DNA from: a virus
Virus record (IMG/VR): IMGVR_UViG_3300043185_000079
DNA: 64,000 nt
Direction: 5' to 3' (one strand)
Below, in pieces: positions 9,601 through 18,510 of this stretch. Every line of letters starts with the position of its first letter. The stretch's first letter is position 1. Both the position numbers and the translations under genes were made by a program. The notes below the pieces were generated by a model that was not told the origin of the DNA, did not search any database, and was given only the letters and a program-made list of their open reading frames with translations.

Positions 9601-11692
9601 CTCCGAGTTCCAGGACGAGGTGGCACACCAGCGGTTCACGCATCCAGAGACGCGCAACTCAGTCGGGTTTGGGTCGTTGCCTAGCGAGGAGCAGTCGAAG
9701 ATCTACAAGCGGTGGAAAAGCAAGGCGCGGGAAGACAAGGCTCCACCAGAGGATGCCGAGAAATCCGAGAAAGGCAAGGAGGATGACGTCGAGCGTGAAC
9801 TCGACGAGGCACGCGATCGGGTCGATTCTCTGGAGGATAAGGTTGATAAGGCCAAGGACCAGATCAAGGAATCGCGCGAAAACATCAAGGGGATCAAGAA
9901 TCTGCTAGAGAAGGCTGGCGAGACGGCCCGAGGACAGCTCGAAGGAAAGCTGCGCGAGGAGGTCTCCAAGATGCGGAAGGCCGAGGACGCGCTGGAGGAA
10001 GTCACCGACGAATTGGAGGCGGCGCGCAAGCGTGTCGATCAGCTCAAGGCGGAGCGTAAGGCTCCCACGAGCCGCGAAGACAAACGACGCGAGGATGAAG
10101 AGAAGCGCCGCAAGGAACGTGCCGAGGAGACTCTGGACGAGGTGCGCGATGCGGTGCGGGGGATGGTGTCGAAGGACTCCGACATCCCCGAGGACGTTCG
10201 GGCACAGATTGAGACCGCCTTCGCCAACTTGAGCGAGGAGCAAGTAGAGGATTTTTCCGAGGCATTCCAGAAGTCGTTGGGGAAGCTCGTCAGAACGGAC
10301 GCTTCGTCCGAGGAGGCTGCGAACCTGGCCAACGCCTCGGTCCGCGCCGATCTGAGTGAGATTGAGGATCCCGCAGAGCTGGCACGCACAGTTGCCGAAG
10401 TCGCGTACGCACGCAACGTGGTGACCAATCCTCTCGTCGTGGGTGGGAAGCCGCTCGGACAGACGAAGATGGACGATGCTGGCTACTCCGGTCGTGCTAT
10501 GGAATCGTTCCGTCAGTTTCAGCGTCTCAGCCCTGCTCTCCGCGAGAGTGCGGCGGAAAAGATCGCGGAAGAGCTTCGCGGTCTCGACGAGGACTCCGAT
10601 AAGGCACAAGAGCTACAGGCGATTCTCACAGGCATCAACACGGCTCATATCGCGGACACAGGCCACGCTTTGCCGGGTCGACCGCAGCCGAACAAAGGTG
10701 CCGCGGCTCTCATCCGTCGCATGGTGGAGAACGGTCAAGCCGAGACGATGTTCAAGCCGGTCGAGGACTTCTTCGCCGACGACAGCCGCGCCGCGATGCA
10801 AAAGGCGCTCTCGGAAATGGACGACGCGGAGGTTGCTGACTTCGTGATCGGAGACGACGGGGATCACCCATTCGGTAAGCTCCGCGAGGCCATGCAGGAG
10901 AAGGGCGCCAGTGAGTACAAGCAGCTCATCAAGGACTTCCTGATCCAAGATTTCATGAGTGACATCTGGGGTGATCGGGCCGTACGCGATTACATGGAGT
11001 CCGCTGGTTTCGCCGACTTCGATAATCCGGAGGCCAGGGCGCAGTTGCTTCGGGACACGAGGTACGCAACTGCACCCGAGGCAGACATGCAGGCGATCGC
11101 CAGGGCGCAGGCGGCGATCGCGGCCGGTCAGAAACCTGATCCAGAGGATGAGGAGCGTGCTCGAAATTTCCTCGATCCAGAGACGGGGGGCGGGATCCGT
11201 GGGAAACTCCGCAAGCTCATGGAGATCTTGCAATCCAAGGTCAAGAAGCGTGTTGTCACCCCCGCGACCGCGGTGATCAACCACTTCCTGGAGACGGGCG
11301 AGGCCGAGGTCCTCCACCAGGAGACCCTTCCACATCCTGACGAGGGCCGGGGCGGGGACACGGAGGCCAAGGAAGACGAGGGACACGGGTTGGGCGACGT
11401 GTGGAAAACTGACGAGGGGAACTGGCGCGCCAAGAATCTCGACGGAGTGCCCAAGACTTTCGATACGCGAGAGAAGGCCCAAGCATACGCCAAGGGCGGC
11501 AAGGACCGCAGGAAGCCATCGCGCGGCAGCGAGGCCCCTGGCGAGGAATTCTCGGCCGAGTTCACCGTGCCCGTCGAAGAACGAGGACCGACGAGGTTTG
11601 CCAACCATGTCGCGAACGCTTGGCTGGCCCAAGTGCGCAAATGCCACCCAGACGATCCGGGGCGTCCGCGAGTGGTTTTTGATACGGCTTGA
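6656..11692 (+). CDS. Polyvalent protein: ART/Tpt1-like domain, Ntn-hydrolase, DNA topoisomerase IB, unknown domains, coiled coil
   Basis: FHGT...GL...FFT..A..YG ART signature (6731); C-IIV...KNRD Ntn-hydrolase start (7052); TopIB catalytic set RPGNE, GKSG, KDIR, GHT, SQY (Tyr 8621); long E/K coiled coil at about 9750-10150. Confidence 0.85.
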   Translation: MGLFNIWKLSEVRGLPPKTGRGVAFHGTRSKNLDHLRRYGLVPGARSAYTDAYSKYDDGRHLFFTDNEDLARHYGDLILRFPWPSEAKPDVNEFGRYLPGQFVSLRKIPPDEIDVLREGTWEPLVGGLSKQACIIVGKDFDGHLCLLKNRDRSYDVKLQIMHMEFNGVEMAFVLDLETGYLEGVNEHGIGVVNTTLMVLHDEAEGHSTKTKGKTTLKSKDGPKIFHALIQDNLQDAVDVLVSFRGGIRGHTFVADGQTLLSIECTRKNPARVHHLDPGRVNTRTNHGVSYPEAGYTRGEDYVSSIVRRWEAQKRIQGVKRPEAAAPALATLIDEADSPFNPVRVTDKMRTTSQLLIDTSTPSLYLYLIPGHARVTKILNLLPGGRAPKIPVRVFRYRKRMEDRDFEDDGHEMKDEVADPGGDLLEKRTARYKDKKTVKTKDGDERVIYEYGPRQVLNRNKAKAERIENLRKQMSALRRKVKKDLESSDDQKRAVALAVALMDETYERPGNEASASEGHYGVTTWQNRHVKFRNGKATITYVGKSGVEHKKVVETPAVVKALKMLCKGRGKDDRLIDVEAADVNEFLRSFEITAKDIRGFHANREMKDRLKRIRREGPDLPRPLKDRDKILKEEFKQALAETAEAVGHTESTLRSQYLVPGLEDEYMKDGTVSDSHVKSGGAALLGAPGVQERPEGALRVAATRGTPTERRILANALLAPVLVVRDRRWWLDEAPSLYRLARDHERPRPVIDGLRFDPDLFAMLWYEDEDGNRLPEPPIGDLAIPEDSHTQHSRFPNVLRHTILLLNDDGTSSSLAAGESSFPSDLVTQMVRSGDWDTADAIMVAGQACERCLNVLLHHYGIGDGYPFGSEDYWRANTVCSMCEDIGRRMATKSPAEKEDENVEKMLRPEPKKKPPRYDLRNNRTLEDRDEDLEGMGAGDRGDRDLSLKWNKVAHRVAFRWLAVPLAPAPLRVAMRRIARQFPSEFQDEVAHQRFTHPETRNSVGFGSLPSEEQSKIYKRWKSKAREDKAPPEDAEKSEKGKEDDVERELDEARDRVDSLEDKVDKAKDQIKESRENIKGIKNLLEKAGETARGQLEGKLREEVSKMRKAEDALEEVTDELEAARKRVDQLKAERKAPTSREDKRREDEEKRRKERAEETLDEVRDAVRGMVSKDSDIPEDVRAQIETAFANLSEEQVEDFSEAFQKSLGKLVRTDASSEEAANLANASVRADLSEIEDPAELARTVAEVAYARNVVTNPLVVGGKPLGQTKMDDAGYSGRAMESFRQFQRLSPALRESAAEKIAEELRGLDEDSDKAQELQAILTGINTAHIADTGHALPGRPQPNKGAAALIRRMVENGQAETMFKPVEDFFADDSRAAMQKALSEMDDAEVADFVIGDDGDHPFGKLREAMQEKGASEYKQLIKDFLIQDFMSDIWGDRAVRDYMESAGFADFDNPEARAQLLRDTRYATAPEADMQAIARAQAAIAAGQKPDPEDEERARNFLDPETGGGIRGKLRKLMEILQSKVKKRVVTPATAVINHFLETGEAEVLHQETLPHPDEGRGGDTEAKEDEGHGLGDVWKTDEGNWRAKNLDGVPKTFDTREKAQAYAKGGKDRRKPSRGSEAPGEEFSAEFTVPVEERGPTRFANHVANAWLAQVRKCHPDDPGRPRVVFDTA

Positions 11693-11915
11693 GGGAGGGC
11701 AAACGTCCCTCGCGACGCTGTAAACCGATTTCTTGTCCTGTCTCGGGGGGTTTTCAATCCCTTCAAAGGCCGTCAGCGAGGAATCAGCACGCGGTTGCGG
11801 TAGGCCATCGATCCCAAAGGGGTGGTGAAGGTGGGTTTGTGTTCCTCGCGGAGGGCATTGAGATCTCGTGGGGATCTCGGGGGTGTTTTTCAGACCCGAA
11901 AACCCACGTTAGGTC

Positions 11916-11929
11916 GGTTTTCCCCTTAT
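11916..11929 (+). promoter_or_regulatory. Putative phage promoter motif copy (GGTTTTCCCCTTAT)
   Basis: Intergenic, upstream of the 12008 ORF; near-identical to copies at 34864, 39512 and 42849. Confidence 0.6.
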
Positions 11930-12007
11930 ATGGGGCGCGAATAAGCGAAGGGCTCTGCCCTCCCGTCCCGAGGACGTTGAAGCCCGCCCGCCAGGAGAAC
12001 CAATCCA

Positions 12008-12484
12008 ATGTCATCCAAACCGATCACGAAGGAAGCGGCCCTCAAGGTGTCCCGCCTCCTGGACCAAGCAGCCACCACGTTCCAGAAGCACCACGTTGCT
12101 CTCGGGATCAAGCCGAAGATCGCGAATGACTTCGCACTTCGGTGTGACATCCTCTCCGACCACGTGGAGAAGCAGGCGGGCATCGACCGTCGCGCGCAGA
12201 TGGATCCCAAGGAAAACTACACCGAGGATGCTCTGGGCCCGGATGACTTCGACCCAGCCGAGATCGGCGAGCAGACTCCCGGCGCGCTGCTGCGGAACGA
12301 GGACGAGCCCTACATGGACACGTTCAACCAGCAGTGGTTCGATCAGCTTCGCGAAGTTCAACAGACGGGTCAGTTCTCCAACGCGAAGACCGCCGCGCAG
12401 CTCATCAAGCACATGGCCGGCCTCCTCCACGCTCACGGCATCCCTCTCGTCGTCCGCAGGAAGAAGAGCCCGAAGGTCGCCTGA
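12008..12484 (+). CDS. Hypothetical protein, probable internal head protein
   Basis: AGGAG SD; KEAA, KQAG, RRAQ and KTAA motifs; head module context. Confidence 0.7.
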   Translation: MSSKPITKEAALKVSRLLDQAATTFQKHHVALGIKPKIANDFALRCDILSDHVEKQAGIDRRAQMDPKENYTEDALGPDDFDPAEIGEQTPGALLRNEDEPYMDTFNQQWFDQLREVQQTGQFSNAKTAAQLIKHMAGLLHAHGIPLVVRRKKSPKVA

Positions 12485-12541
12485 AGATCGCGACGGTCTG
12501 GACTTCCTGACCGTCGTCGTGACGCGCCGACGCGACTCGCT

Positions 12542-13171
12542 ATGAAACGTACAGCAGACGCAGGAAACTGGCAGGCCCGCGGACAAGAGTTCGCGGTGGG
12601 GCAAGCTGTGCGTCTCGTCAATGGCAGCCCAACCGACGAGGGTCGCGTCACCGCTGTCTGGCCTGGAATCGGATGCGTCGATGTGCAGTGGCCACACACG
12701 TCGTATCGCCACTTGGTTGAGGATCTCCAGATTGTCAACCCGGGCGAGGACGAGTTCGTCGCGCCCATGCACGAGGACGTGCCGGGAGGGCCCCCGTCCT
12801 CGGCGTGGGTCTCGCAAGGGGCCCCTCAGACGAACGAGATCACGCACGAGGACCCACGAGTCGAGTTCGTCCACGACATCGCGGGCAAAGTGGCATCTCA
12901 ACCGTCTGCGCAGCGGGTGGCGATCGCGTTCGTGAAGCATTCTCTTTACTGGCACGCTCGGGACCGGAAGTACCGCGTCAGCCGGGACGAACACGCAGAG
13001 GGCCGGTATAGATGCCCCACCCGTGGGTGCGAACAGATGTTGCGCCGTGCAACCTACAAGATGGAGAACGGATCTCCGATCAAGCTGCTCGCCTGCGGCT
13101 CGTGCTTGTTCATGATCCGCGAGCATGACGTACTCTCTGACCACTGCACTCCACATGAGGAGACCTGCTAG
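12542..13171 (+). CDS. Hypothetical protein with C-terminal Zn ribbon, probable head protein
   Basis: CPTRGC...CGSC; KRTA, KVAS and RVAIAF motifs. Confidence 0.7.
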   Translation: MKRTADAGNWQARGQEFAVGQAVRLVNGSPTDEGRVTAVWPGIGCVDVQWPHTSYRHLVEDLQIVNPGEDEFVAPMHEDVPGGPPSSAWVSQGAPQTNEITHEDPRVEFVHDIAGKVASQPSAQRVAIAFVKHSLYWHARDRKYRVSRDEHAEGRYRCPTRGCEQMLRRATYKMENGSPIKLLACGSCLFMIREHDVLSDHCTPHEETC

Positions 13172-13172
13172 C

Positions 13173-16151
13173 GTGGCGTTCCTCAAGCGAGCCAGCGGGG
13201 TCGTCGTTCATCGGGGGTGGTCTCCAGAGAACTGGGGCAACTTCGTCGGCCAGAACAAGGAGCGACTCGCGAATGGGCCGTACCGAACGGCCGCCGGGGC
13301 GCTGAACTTGGTCGCGCAGGCGAGCGAGATCCTCGGCGAAGAGTTCGATCCGAAGAACTTCCTCCTGACGCACGCGACGATCGTGGCCTCGGTCGACACG
13401 GAGGAGGCCGGGAACGTCAAGCTCGGGTCCGTCGTCGAGGACGGACGCAAGATCCTGCGCAAGTTTGGCGACTACAGGATCACGCCCGACACCGAGCAGT
13501 GGATCAACAACAACCACGACAGCTGGTCTCGCGGGGTCCTGCTCAAGAGCTACCGGACGTTCGTCGGTGCCCACAACTTCCTCGAGCACTGCCAGCTCGA
13601 GCACCTGTCGAAGGGTCGAATCGTCGACGCCGTCGCCCGCGACATCGGACCGTCGATCTACGTCGACATCCTCGTCGCCACCAACCGCAAGCACGCGAGC
13701 CTCATCCAGGACATCGAGAACGGCCGGATGGGCACGCTGTCCATGGGGTGCACTTGCGTGCACACGACCTGCACGAAGTGCGGGAACGTGGGCCATGATG
13801 AGACTGAGCTTTGCTTCCCTCCCGGCACTCGTGTACTGCTTGCCGAAGGCAAGTACCGTCCCATTGAGGAGATCGTCGAAGGCGATTTCGTGCTCTCTCA
13901 CACGGGTAGGCGTCGTGCTGTTGTTAGGACCATGCGCCGTGAGTACGAGGGCAACTTGGTGGTCCTCGACGTAGAGGGCGTTCCGGTCTCGGTGAAGGCA
14001 ACGCCCAAGCATCCGTTTTGGACGCTGCGACCAGCACAGATCTGTGCTTGCGGCTGCGGTCAACCCCTTCGACGGACCGTCGAGCACGAACGGGGATCCG
14101 CCAAGGCATTCAAGCGTCGATTTTTGCCACACCATGCCGGCTCTCTACACAACGTAGTATCGATGGACGCGTACCAGCGCATCTTCGATACCGAGATGGA
14201 GTTCGTCGAGGCACAGGATCTCCGTCGAGGAGATTACTTGGCCTTCCCGATTCCGCGCGACGTCGAGAACAGCGCGGATGCCACAGTCAACCGGGCTCGT
14301 TTGATCGGGTTCTTTCTGGCCGAAGGCAGTTTCATTAAGCGAGACGGCAGGAGGGTCGGCATCGCCTTTTCGTTTGGGTACCACGAGTACGACACCCTTG
14401 CGGCCGAGGTCCAGAGGCTTCTGAACCTTGAGTTTGGACGAGACGAGCGTCGGCAAGATTGTCTTGACTGGCAGGATTTGGTTGCTCGCAATCACACGCG
14501 GGCAATCAAAAGGCGCGCCAACAGCCGCGCCGTCCCTCCAGAGGTGACGTGTCCGACATGTGCTGCGCCCTCGCAGTACGCCTACAATGCCCGTTTCAAG
14601 GCGGGGCACGACGACTGTTATCAGTGCAAGGTATGTGGGCGCTCGTGGATCCACCAAGCGGACAGATCCCTTCACGCCACACGATACAAGTGTCCGATTG
14701 ACAGACCTGAGACTGGGTCCGTCGAAGTCCGGCTCATGGACGAAGAGGCGGCGGATTTTTTCTACAGCTACTGCGGCGAATACGCGAACGAGAAGGCGCT
14801 GGATCCATCGGTCCTGCGTTGGGCTCCTGATGTCCAGAGACACGTTTTGTTCGGGTGGCTCGGAGGAGATGGGACCCAGAGTGTGGTTGGTATCCGAGGC
14901 AACACGGCTTCCTTCCATCTCCAGAATCAGATGCACATTCTCGCCGCGCGGTGCGGTCTGTATGCCTACAGAACGGTCGTGTTCGACGGGAGATCAGGGA
15001 CCATCGATCAAGTGGTGAACGGTGACGGCTCTGTCACGGCGCGAGATTGCAGAGGCTGGCTTCCGAGCTTTGGTCTCGTGCTATCTGAGCCGAAGGGGTT
15101 CAATGGCGAGGTCCGGTTTTCCGATCGGGAGCCGCGGACCACCCTCACCGAGATGACAGATAGTTACAAGCGCGTTGGGGACTGGTTCGTCTATCGGATC
15201 CGAGATGTTGGCCGCGAGTCGTACTGCGGAACGGTCCACAATCTGGAAATCTCTGAAGACAACTCCTACGTGGTGGACGGCCTAGCTGTTCACAACTGTA
15301 ATCATGTGCGCTACGAGAAGGGCAACGCGTTCTACGACCAGAACGGAGTCCGCAGGAAGGTCGCCGAGCTGTGTGGCCACGCCAGCGAGGACCCGACCGG
15401 CGGGGTGAACTTCATCGAGGCGAGCTGGGTCGCCGTGCCGGCCTTCGCCGGCGCCGTGATGCGGAACATCTTGCAGCCGGAGGCCGTGAACGTCGCCACG
15501 AACGAGCAGGTGCGTAAGGTTCTTGCGTCACCGCCCCCCGAGTGGACTGATACTGATGACCACATACAGAAGGCAGCTTCAACGGAAGTTGCCAAAGTGG
15601 TGACTCCAGCGCGGCAGCCGAGGACCCAGGTCCACGTTGCTCAGTTCGGTCCGTCCGAGGATGAAAGCAGCGACGACGCTGCGACCGAGAGTACCGACTC
15701 TCTTACCGCGTTGGAGGACGAGATCGAGAAGTATCTTCTCGACAAGGTCAAGAAGCGCATCAAGGACAAGCTGAAGGCCGACGTCCAGGAGGAGGCGGCC
15801 TCTGAGGGTGAGCTGGCGACGTCTACGGGAGACTCCGTGGTCCACCAAGCCGCTCTTCGCATGGCGTTCGGCACGGACACGCTCCTGCGAATTGCTGGTT
15901 CTGACGTCGAGCTGGTCGACGGGCTCGCACGTCTCGCCGCCTCGCTCGGCATCAAAGTTTCGAGGGATCTCTATCGCACAGCACTCCGAGTGGGGCCCGC
16001 TCGGAGCCAGGAGTCCCTCGATGGGTACCTCTCCCGTTGTGGAGAAGTACTCGGTCGTCATCCGACGACAGGAGAAGCCAAGACCCTTGTACGTCTTGGG
16101 CGGATCCTTTCGATGCGGGCCCGCCGCTCCTCCGCACGGGGCGGAGATTGA
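13173..16151 (+). CDS. Prohead (maturation) protease precursor containing an intein
   Basis: GTG start with GAGGAG SD; HNFLEH...KGRIVDA...LSMGC serine-protease-like core, CTKC Zn motif, FIEASWVAVPAF; lies between portal and scaffold. Confidence 0.8.
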   Translation: MAFLKRASGVVVHRGWSPENWGNFVGQNKERLANGPYRTAAGALNLVAQASEILGEEFDPKNFLLTHATIVASVDTEEAGNVKLGSVVEDGRKILRKFGDYRITPDTEQWINNNHDSWSRGVLLKSYRTFVGAHNFLEHCQLEHLSKGRIVDAVARDIGPSIYVDILVATNRKHASLIQDIENGRMGTLSMGCTCVHTTCTKCGNVGHDETELCFPPGTRVLLAEGKYRPIEEIVEGDFVLSHTGRRRAVVRTMRREYEGNLVVLDVEGVPVSVKATPKHPFWTLRPAQICACGCGQPLRRTVEHERGSAKAFKRRFLPHHAGSLHNVVSMDAYQRIFDTEMEFVEAQDLRRGDYLAFPIPRDVENSADATVNRARLIGFFLAEGSFIKRDGRRVGIAFSFGYHEYDTLAAEVQRLLNLEFGRDERRQDCLDWQDLVARNHTRAIKRRANSRAVPPEVTCPTCAAPSQYAYNARFKAGHDDCYQCKVCGRSWIHQADRSLHATRYKCPIDRPETGSVEVRLMDEEAADFFYSYCGEYANEKALDPSVLRWAPDVQRHVLFGWLGGDGTQSVVGIRGNTASFHLQNQMHILAARCGLYAYRTVVFDGRSGTIDQVVNGDGSVTARDCRGWLPSFGLVLSEPKGFNGEVRFSDREPRTTLTEMTDSYKRVGDWFVYRIRDVGRESYCGTVHNLEISEDNSYVVDGLAVHNCNHVRYEKGNAFYDQNGVRRKVAELCGHASEDPTGGVNFIEASWVAVPAFAGAVMRNILQPEAVNVATNEQVRKVLASPPPEWTDTDDHIQKAASTEVAKVVTPARQPRTQVHVAQFGPSEDESSDDAATESTDSLTALEDEIEKYLLDKVKKRIKDKLKADVQEEAASEGELATSTGDSVVHQAALRMAFGTDTLLRIAGSDVELVDGLARLAASLGIKVSRDLYRTALRVGPARSQESLDGYLSRCGEVLGRHPTTGEAKTLVRLGRILSMRARRSSARGGD
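13812..15296 (+). mobile_element. Intein (495 aa) with LAGLIDADG homing endonuclease
   Basis: Starts CFPPGTRV; block B TPKHPF; LAGLIDADG-like LIGFFLAEGS and FGWLGGDG; ends VHNLEI..DNSYVVDGLAVHN followed by Cys +1. Confidence 0.95.
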
Positions 16152-16198
16152 ACGGAATACCCACCCAAGCACGTCAAGGACTCAAAGGAGAACTCATC

Positions 16199-17632
16199 AT
16201 GTCGTCACGCACGCGACTCACCTGGACCAAGGGAGGCACACAGAAGAAGGCTTCGCCCCCACCGCAAATGCCCGCTGTCGATCGTACGGAGGGGCCCGAT
16301 CATCCGGCCTATTACCCCGATCCCGAGGCGGACCAGTACGAGAAGGGGGACACCTCTGCATGGGCCGAGGACCCGCACATTCCGACGGACCCTGAAAGTC
16401 CGCCGCCCGCGATGCCCGGCAACCTCACCACCGAGCCGTTGGATCACCCGGCGACATCGGATTTTCAGAAGAAGCCTGAGAGTCCCGCGGCCGCGGCCGG
16501 TGGCGGGGCGGGCAAGGCTGCTGCCTCGCGGATGACCCTCAGAGAACAGGCTGAGCAACGTGCCACGCTGTGTGTCCGCATCGCCAGCGCTATGCTGAAG
16601 AACGCCTCCGTGCGCGAGATCGAGGACAAGGCATTCCAGCTGATGGATCTCGATGACGCGCAACTCCGCGCGACCCTCGCCACACTCAAGTTGGTCGCTG
16701 GCGAGGAAGGAGACAAGGAATTCGAGGAGGGCGAGGAGTCCGAAGGCACCAAGGACTCCGACGAAGGCAAGACGGCCACCCTCGATGTCACCGCTCGTGT
16801 CGATCGACTGGAGCAGTCGGTCGGTCGTCTCATCCAGGCCATGAGCCACTTCTTTGGCATGGATGACGAGCCCCAGGAGACAACAGCGGGAGAGGACATG
16901 AGCGACGACGACCTCATGGCCTACCTCATGGCCGAGGACACGGACGGCGACGGCATCGACCAGTCACAGAACGACTTCCCGCAAGGCTACGACATCGACA
17001 AGCTCTCCCAGGGCGACGAGGAGGAGATGCTCCGCGCCATGCTCGAGGAGATGGAAGTCGAGGAAAAGATGGCGAGTCACGCCGAAGATGTCGTCGATCC
17101 CCTCGCCAAGGGCCCCTCCATCCAGAGCGGTGAGGGCGGCAATGTCGATCCCGCGCCGGAACCCGAGACCCCGCAGGTCGCGGGTCCGCAGACGGGCGGC
17201 ACCGCCGTCACGGCCACCGAACAGGCCAACCCCGCCGACAACGACATCGAGATCACCGCAGGCGCCGATCCGATGGGTCTCATGGAGACCGAGAAGGAAG
17301 CCAGCGACGATCTGATGGCCCTCTACGCCGACATCGATCTGCCCAAGACGGCCGGTGAAGAAGACGAGGAGGAAGACGAGGAGGAAGACGAGGAGGAGGA
17401 AGAAGACGAGGAGGAAGTCGAGGAGGAGGACAAGGCGGCCGCGAAGAAGAATGCGGCAGCGAAAAAGGACGAGCCCAAGCTGCGTCCGCAGCCCAAGGCT
17501 GCCTCCAAGGGCCCCAAGACCCTCGGCAACGTCCCGCAGACCAAGACTGCCAGCAGCGAGATCGCGGAACTCCAGAAGCTCTGGGAAACCGCACCCGACG
17601 TCTCCGAGTACTTCGGAGTTCCACGGAGCTGA
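16199..17632 (+). CDS. Acidic scaffolding protein
   Basis: AAGGAG SD; very D/E-rich; lies between protease and capsid genes; many [KR]xA motifs. Confidence 0.75.
   Translation: MSSRTRLTWTKGGTQKKASPPPQMPAVDRTEGPDHPAYYPDPEADQYEKGDTSAWAEDPHIPTDPESPPPAMPGNLTTEPLDHPATSDFQKKPESPAAAAGGGAGKAAASRMTLREQAEQRATLCVRIASAMLKNASVREIEDKAFQLMDLDDAQLRATLATLKLVAGEEGDKEFEEGEESEGTKDSDEGKTATLDVTARVDRLEQSVGRLIQAMSHFFGMDDEPQETTAGEDMSDDDLMAYLMAEDTDGDGIDQSQNDFPQGYDIDKLSQGDEEEMLRAMLEEMEVEEKMASHAEDVVDPLAKGPSIQSGEGGNVDPAPEPETPQVAGPQTGGTAVTATEQANPADNDIEITAGADPMGLMETEKEASDDLMALYADIDLPKTAGEEDEEEDEEEDEEEEEDEEEVEEEDKAAAKKNAAAKKDEPKLRPQPKAASKGPKTLGNVPQTKTASSEIAELQKLWETAPDVSEYFGVPRS
17360..17395 (+). repeat. 3 x 12-nt tandem repeat (GAAGACGAGGAG) encoding a poly-acidic tract
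   Basis: Directly visible; encodes (EDEE)3. Confidence 0.85.
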
Positions 17633-17645
17633 ACCACTCTCCTCC

Positions 17646-17688
17646 AGGAGAGCGCGGACTTTAGTTCGTCTATAGCTCGCGCTCTCCT
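17646..17688 (+). promoter_or_regulatory. 11-bp inverted repeat enclosing a promoter-motif copy (TTTAGTTCGTCTAT, 17660-17673)
   Basis: AGGAGAGCGCG (17646-17656) pairs with CGCGCTCTCCT (17678-17688). Confidence 0.55.
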
Positions 17689-17819
17689 CGGTAAAACGTA
17701 AATACCAGGGAACATAGATGTGACCCAAGGGATCGGAAGCGGAAACCGAACAGAGTTCACGGTGAACTCGACCGCCCCGATCACCACCTCACGAAGTCTG
17801 TAAACAAGGAGCAAACGAC

Positions 17820-18485
17820 ATGCCGTTGCTTGGACAGGCGAGTGGTGGGTGGACGGAGTCAAGCGCAGCCCTGCGTATTCTCAACGTGGGGATCAGGAAC
17901 GCCGTCGGCGTTCTCACTGCGGATGGCTTCACCCAAACCAACCCGCCGATCGTCACCACCGCAGGCACGATTTCCACGCAGGTCAACACCGGGGTTCTCG
18001 GTGTTCTGAGCGGAAGCGTCGCTTTCACCCGACCCGACCAGGGGTCGAACTTCATCGGAGGTCCGGTCGAACCGGGTGCCCCCGACAACATCCTCGTGCG
18101 TCCGCTCGGCGTGTTCGTGAACACGGCGGTCGGCAACGCGTTCGAGAACCAGCCGGGACCTGCCTCGGGCAAGAACACCTACGTCAGCGCACAGGGGACC
18201 TACGGGAACCAACTGTTCGAGACGCAGGCGCTCGCGGCCTCAGGCGCTATCGCAGCCGGCGATGACCTGATCTACACCACTGGCCAGGAGTTGATCGCGT
18301 CCCGCAACGGGTACCTGATCATGCGTACCACCACGCAGACCGGTGTGGCGATCTCGCTCGACATCGCCGCCATCGCAGCAGACGTCGCCAACGGGGCGGT
18401 TGCTGGAACATCAACCCTCATCGGCATCCTGAAGATGCCCCCGGACTCGGAGCAGTTCGAGCTGGTCTACGACCAGCGCATCTGA
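17820..18485 (+). CDS. Probable capsid decoration/cement protein
   Basis: AAGGAG SD; G/T/A-rich beta-type protein directly upstream of the major capsid gene. Confidence 0.6.
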   Translation: MPLLGQASGGWTESSAALRILNVGIRNAVGVLTADGFTQTNPPIVTTAGTISTQVNTGVLGVLSGSVAFTRPDQGSNFIGGPVEPGAPDNILVRPLGVFVNTAVGNAFENQPGPASGKNTYVSAQGTYGNQLFETQALAASGAIAAGDDLIYTTGQELIASRNGYLIMRTTTQTGVAISLDIAAIAADVANGAVAGTSTLIGILKMPPDSEQFELVYDQRI

Positions 18486-18510
18486 TCCAATCAGAAAGGG
18501 AGCAAAGACG

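Noticed and set aside
17360-17430. Purine-rich tandem repeat as a regulatory or contingency locus
   Set aside because: An in-frame 12-nt unit simply encodes the acidic tract of the scaffold.
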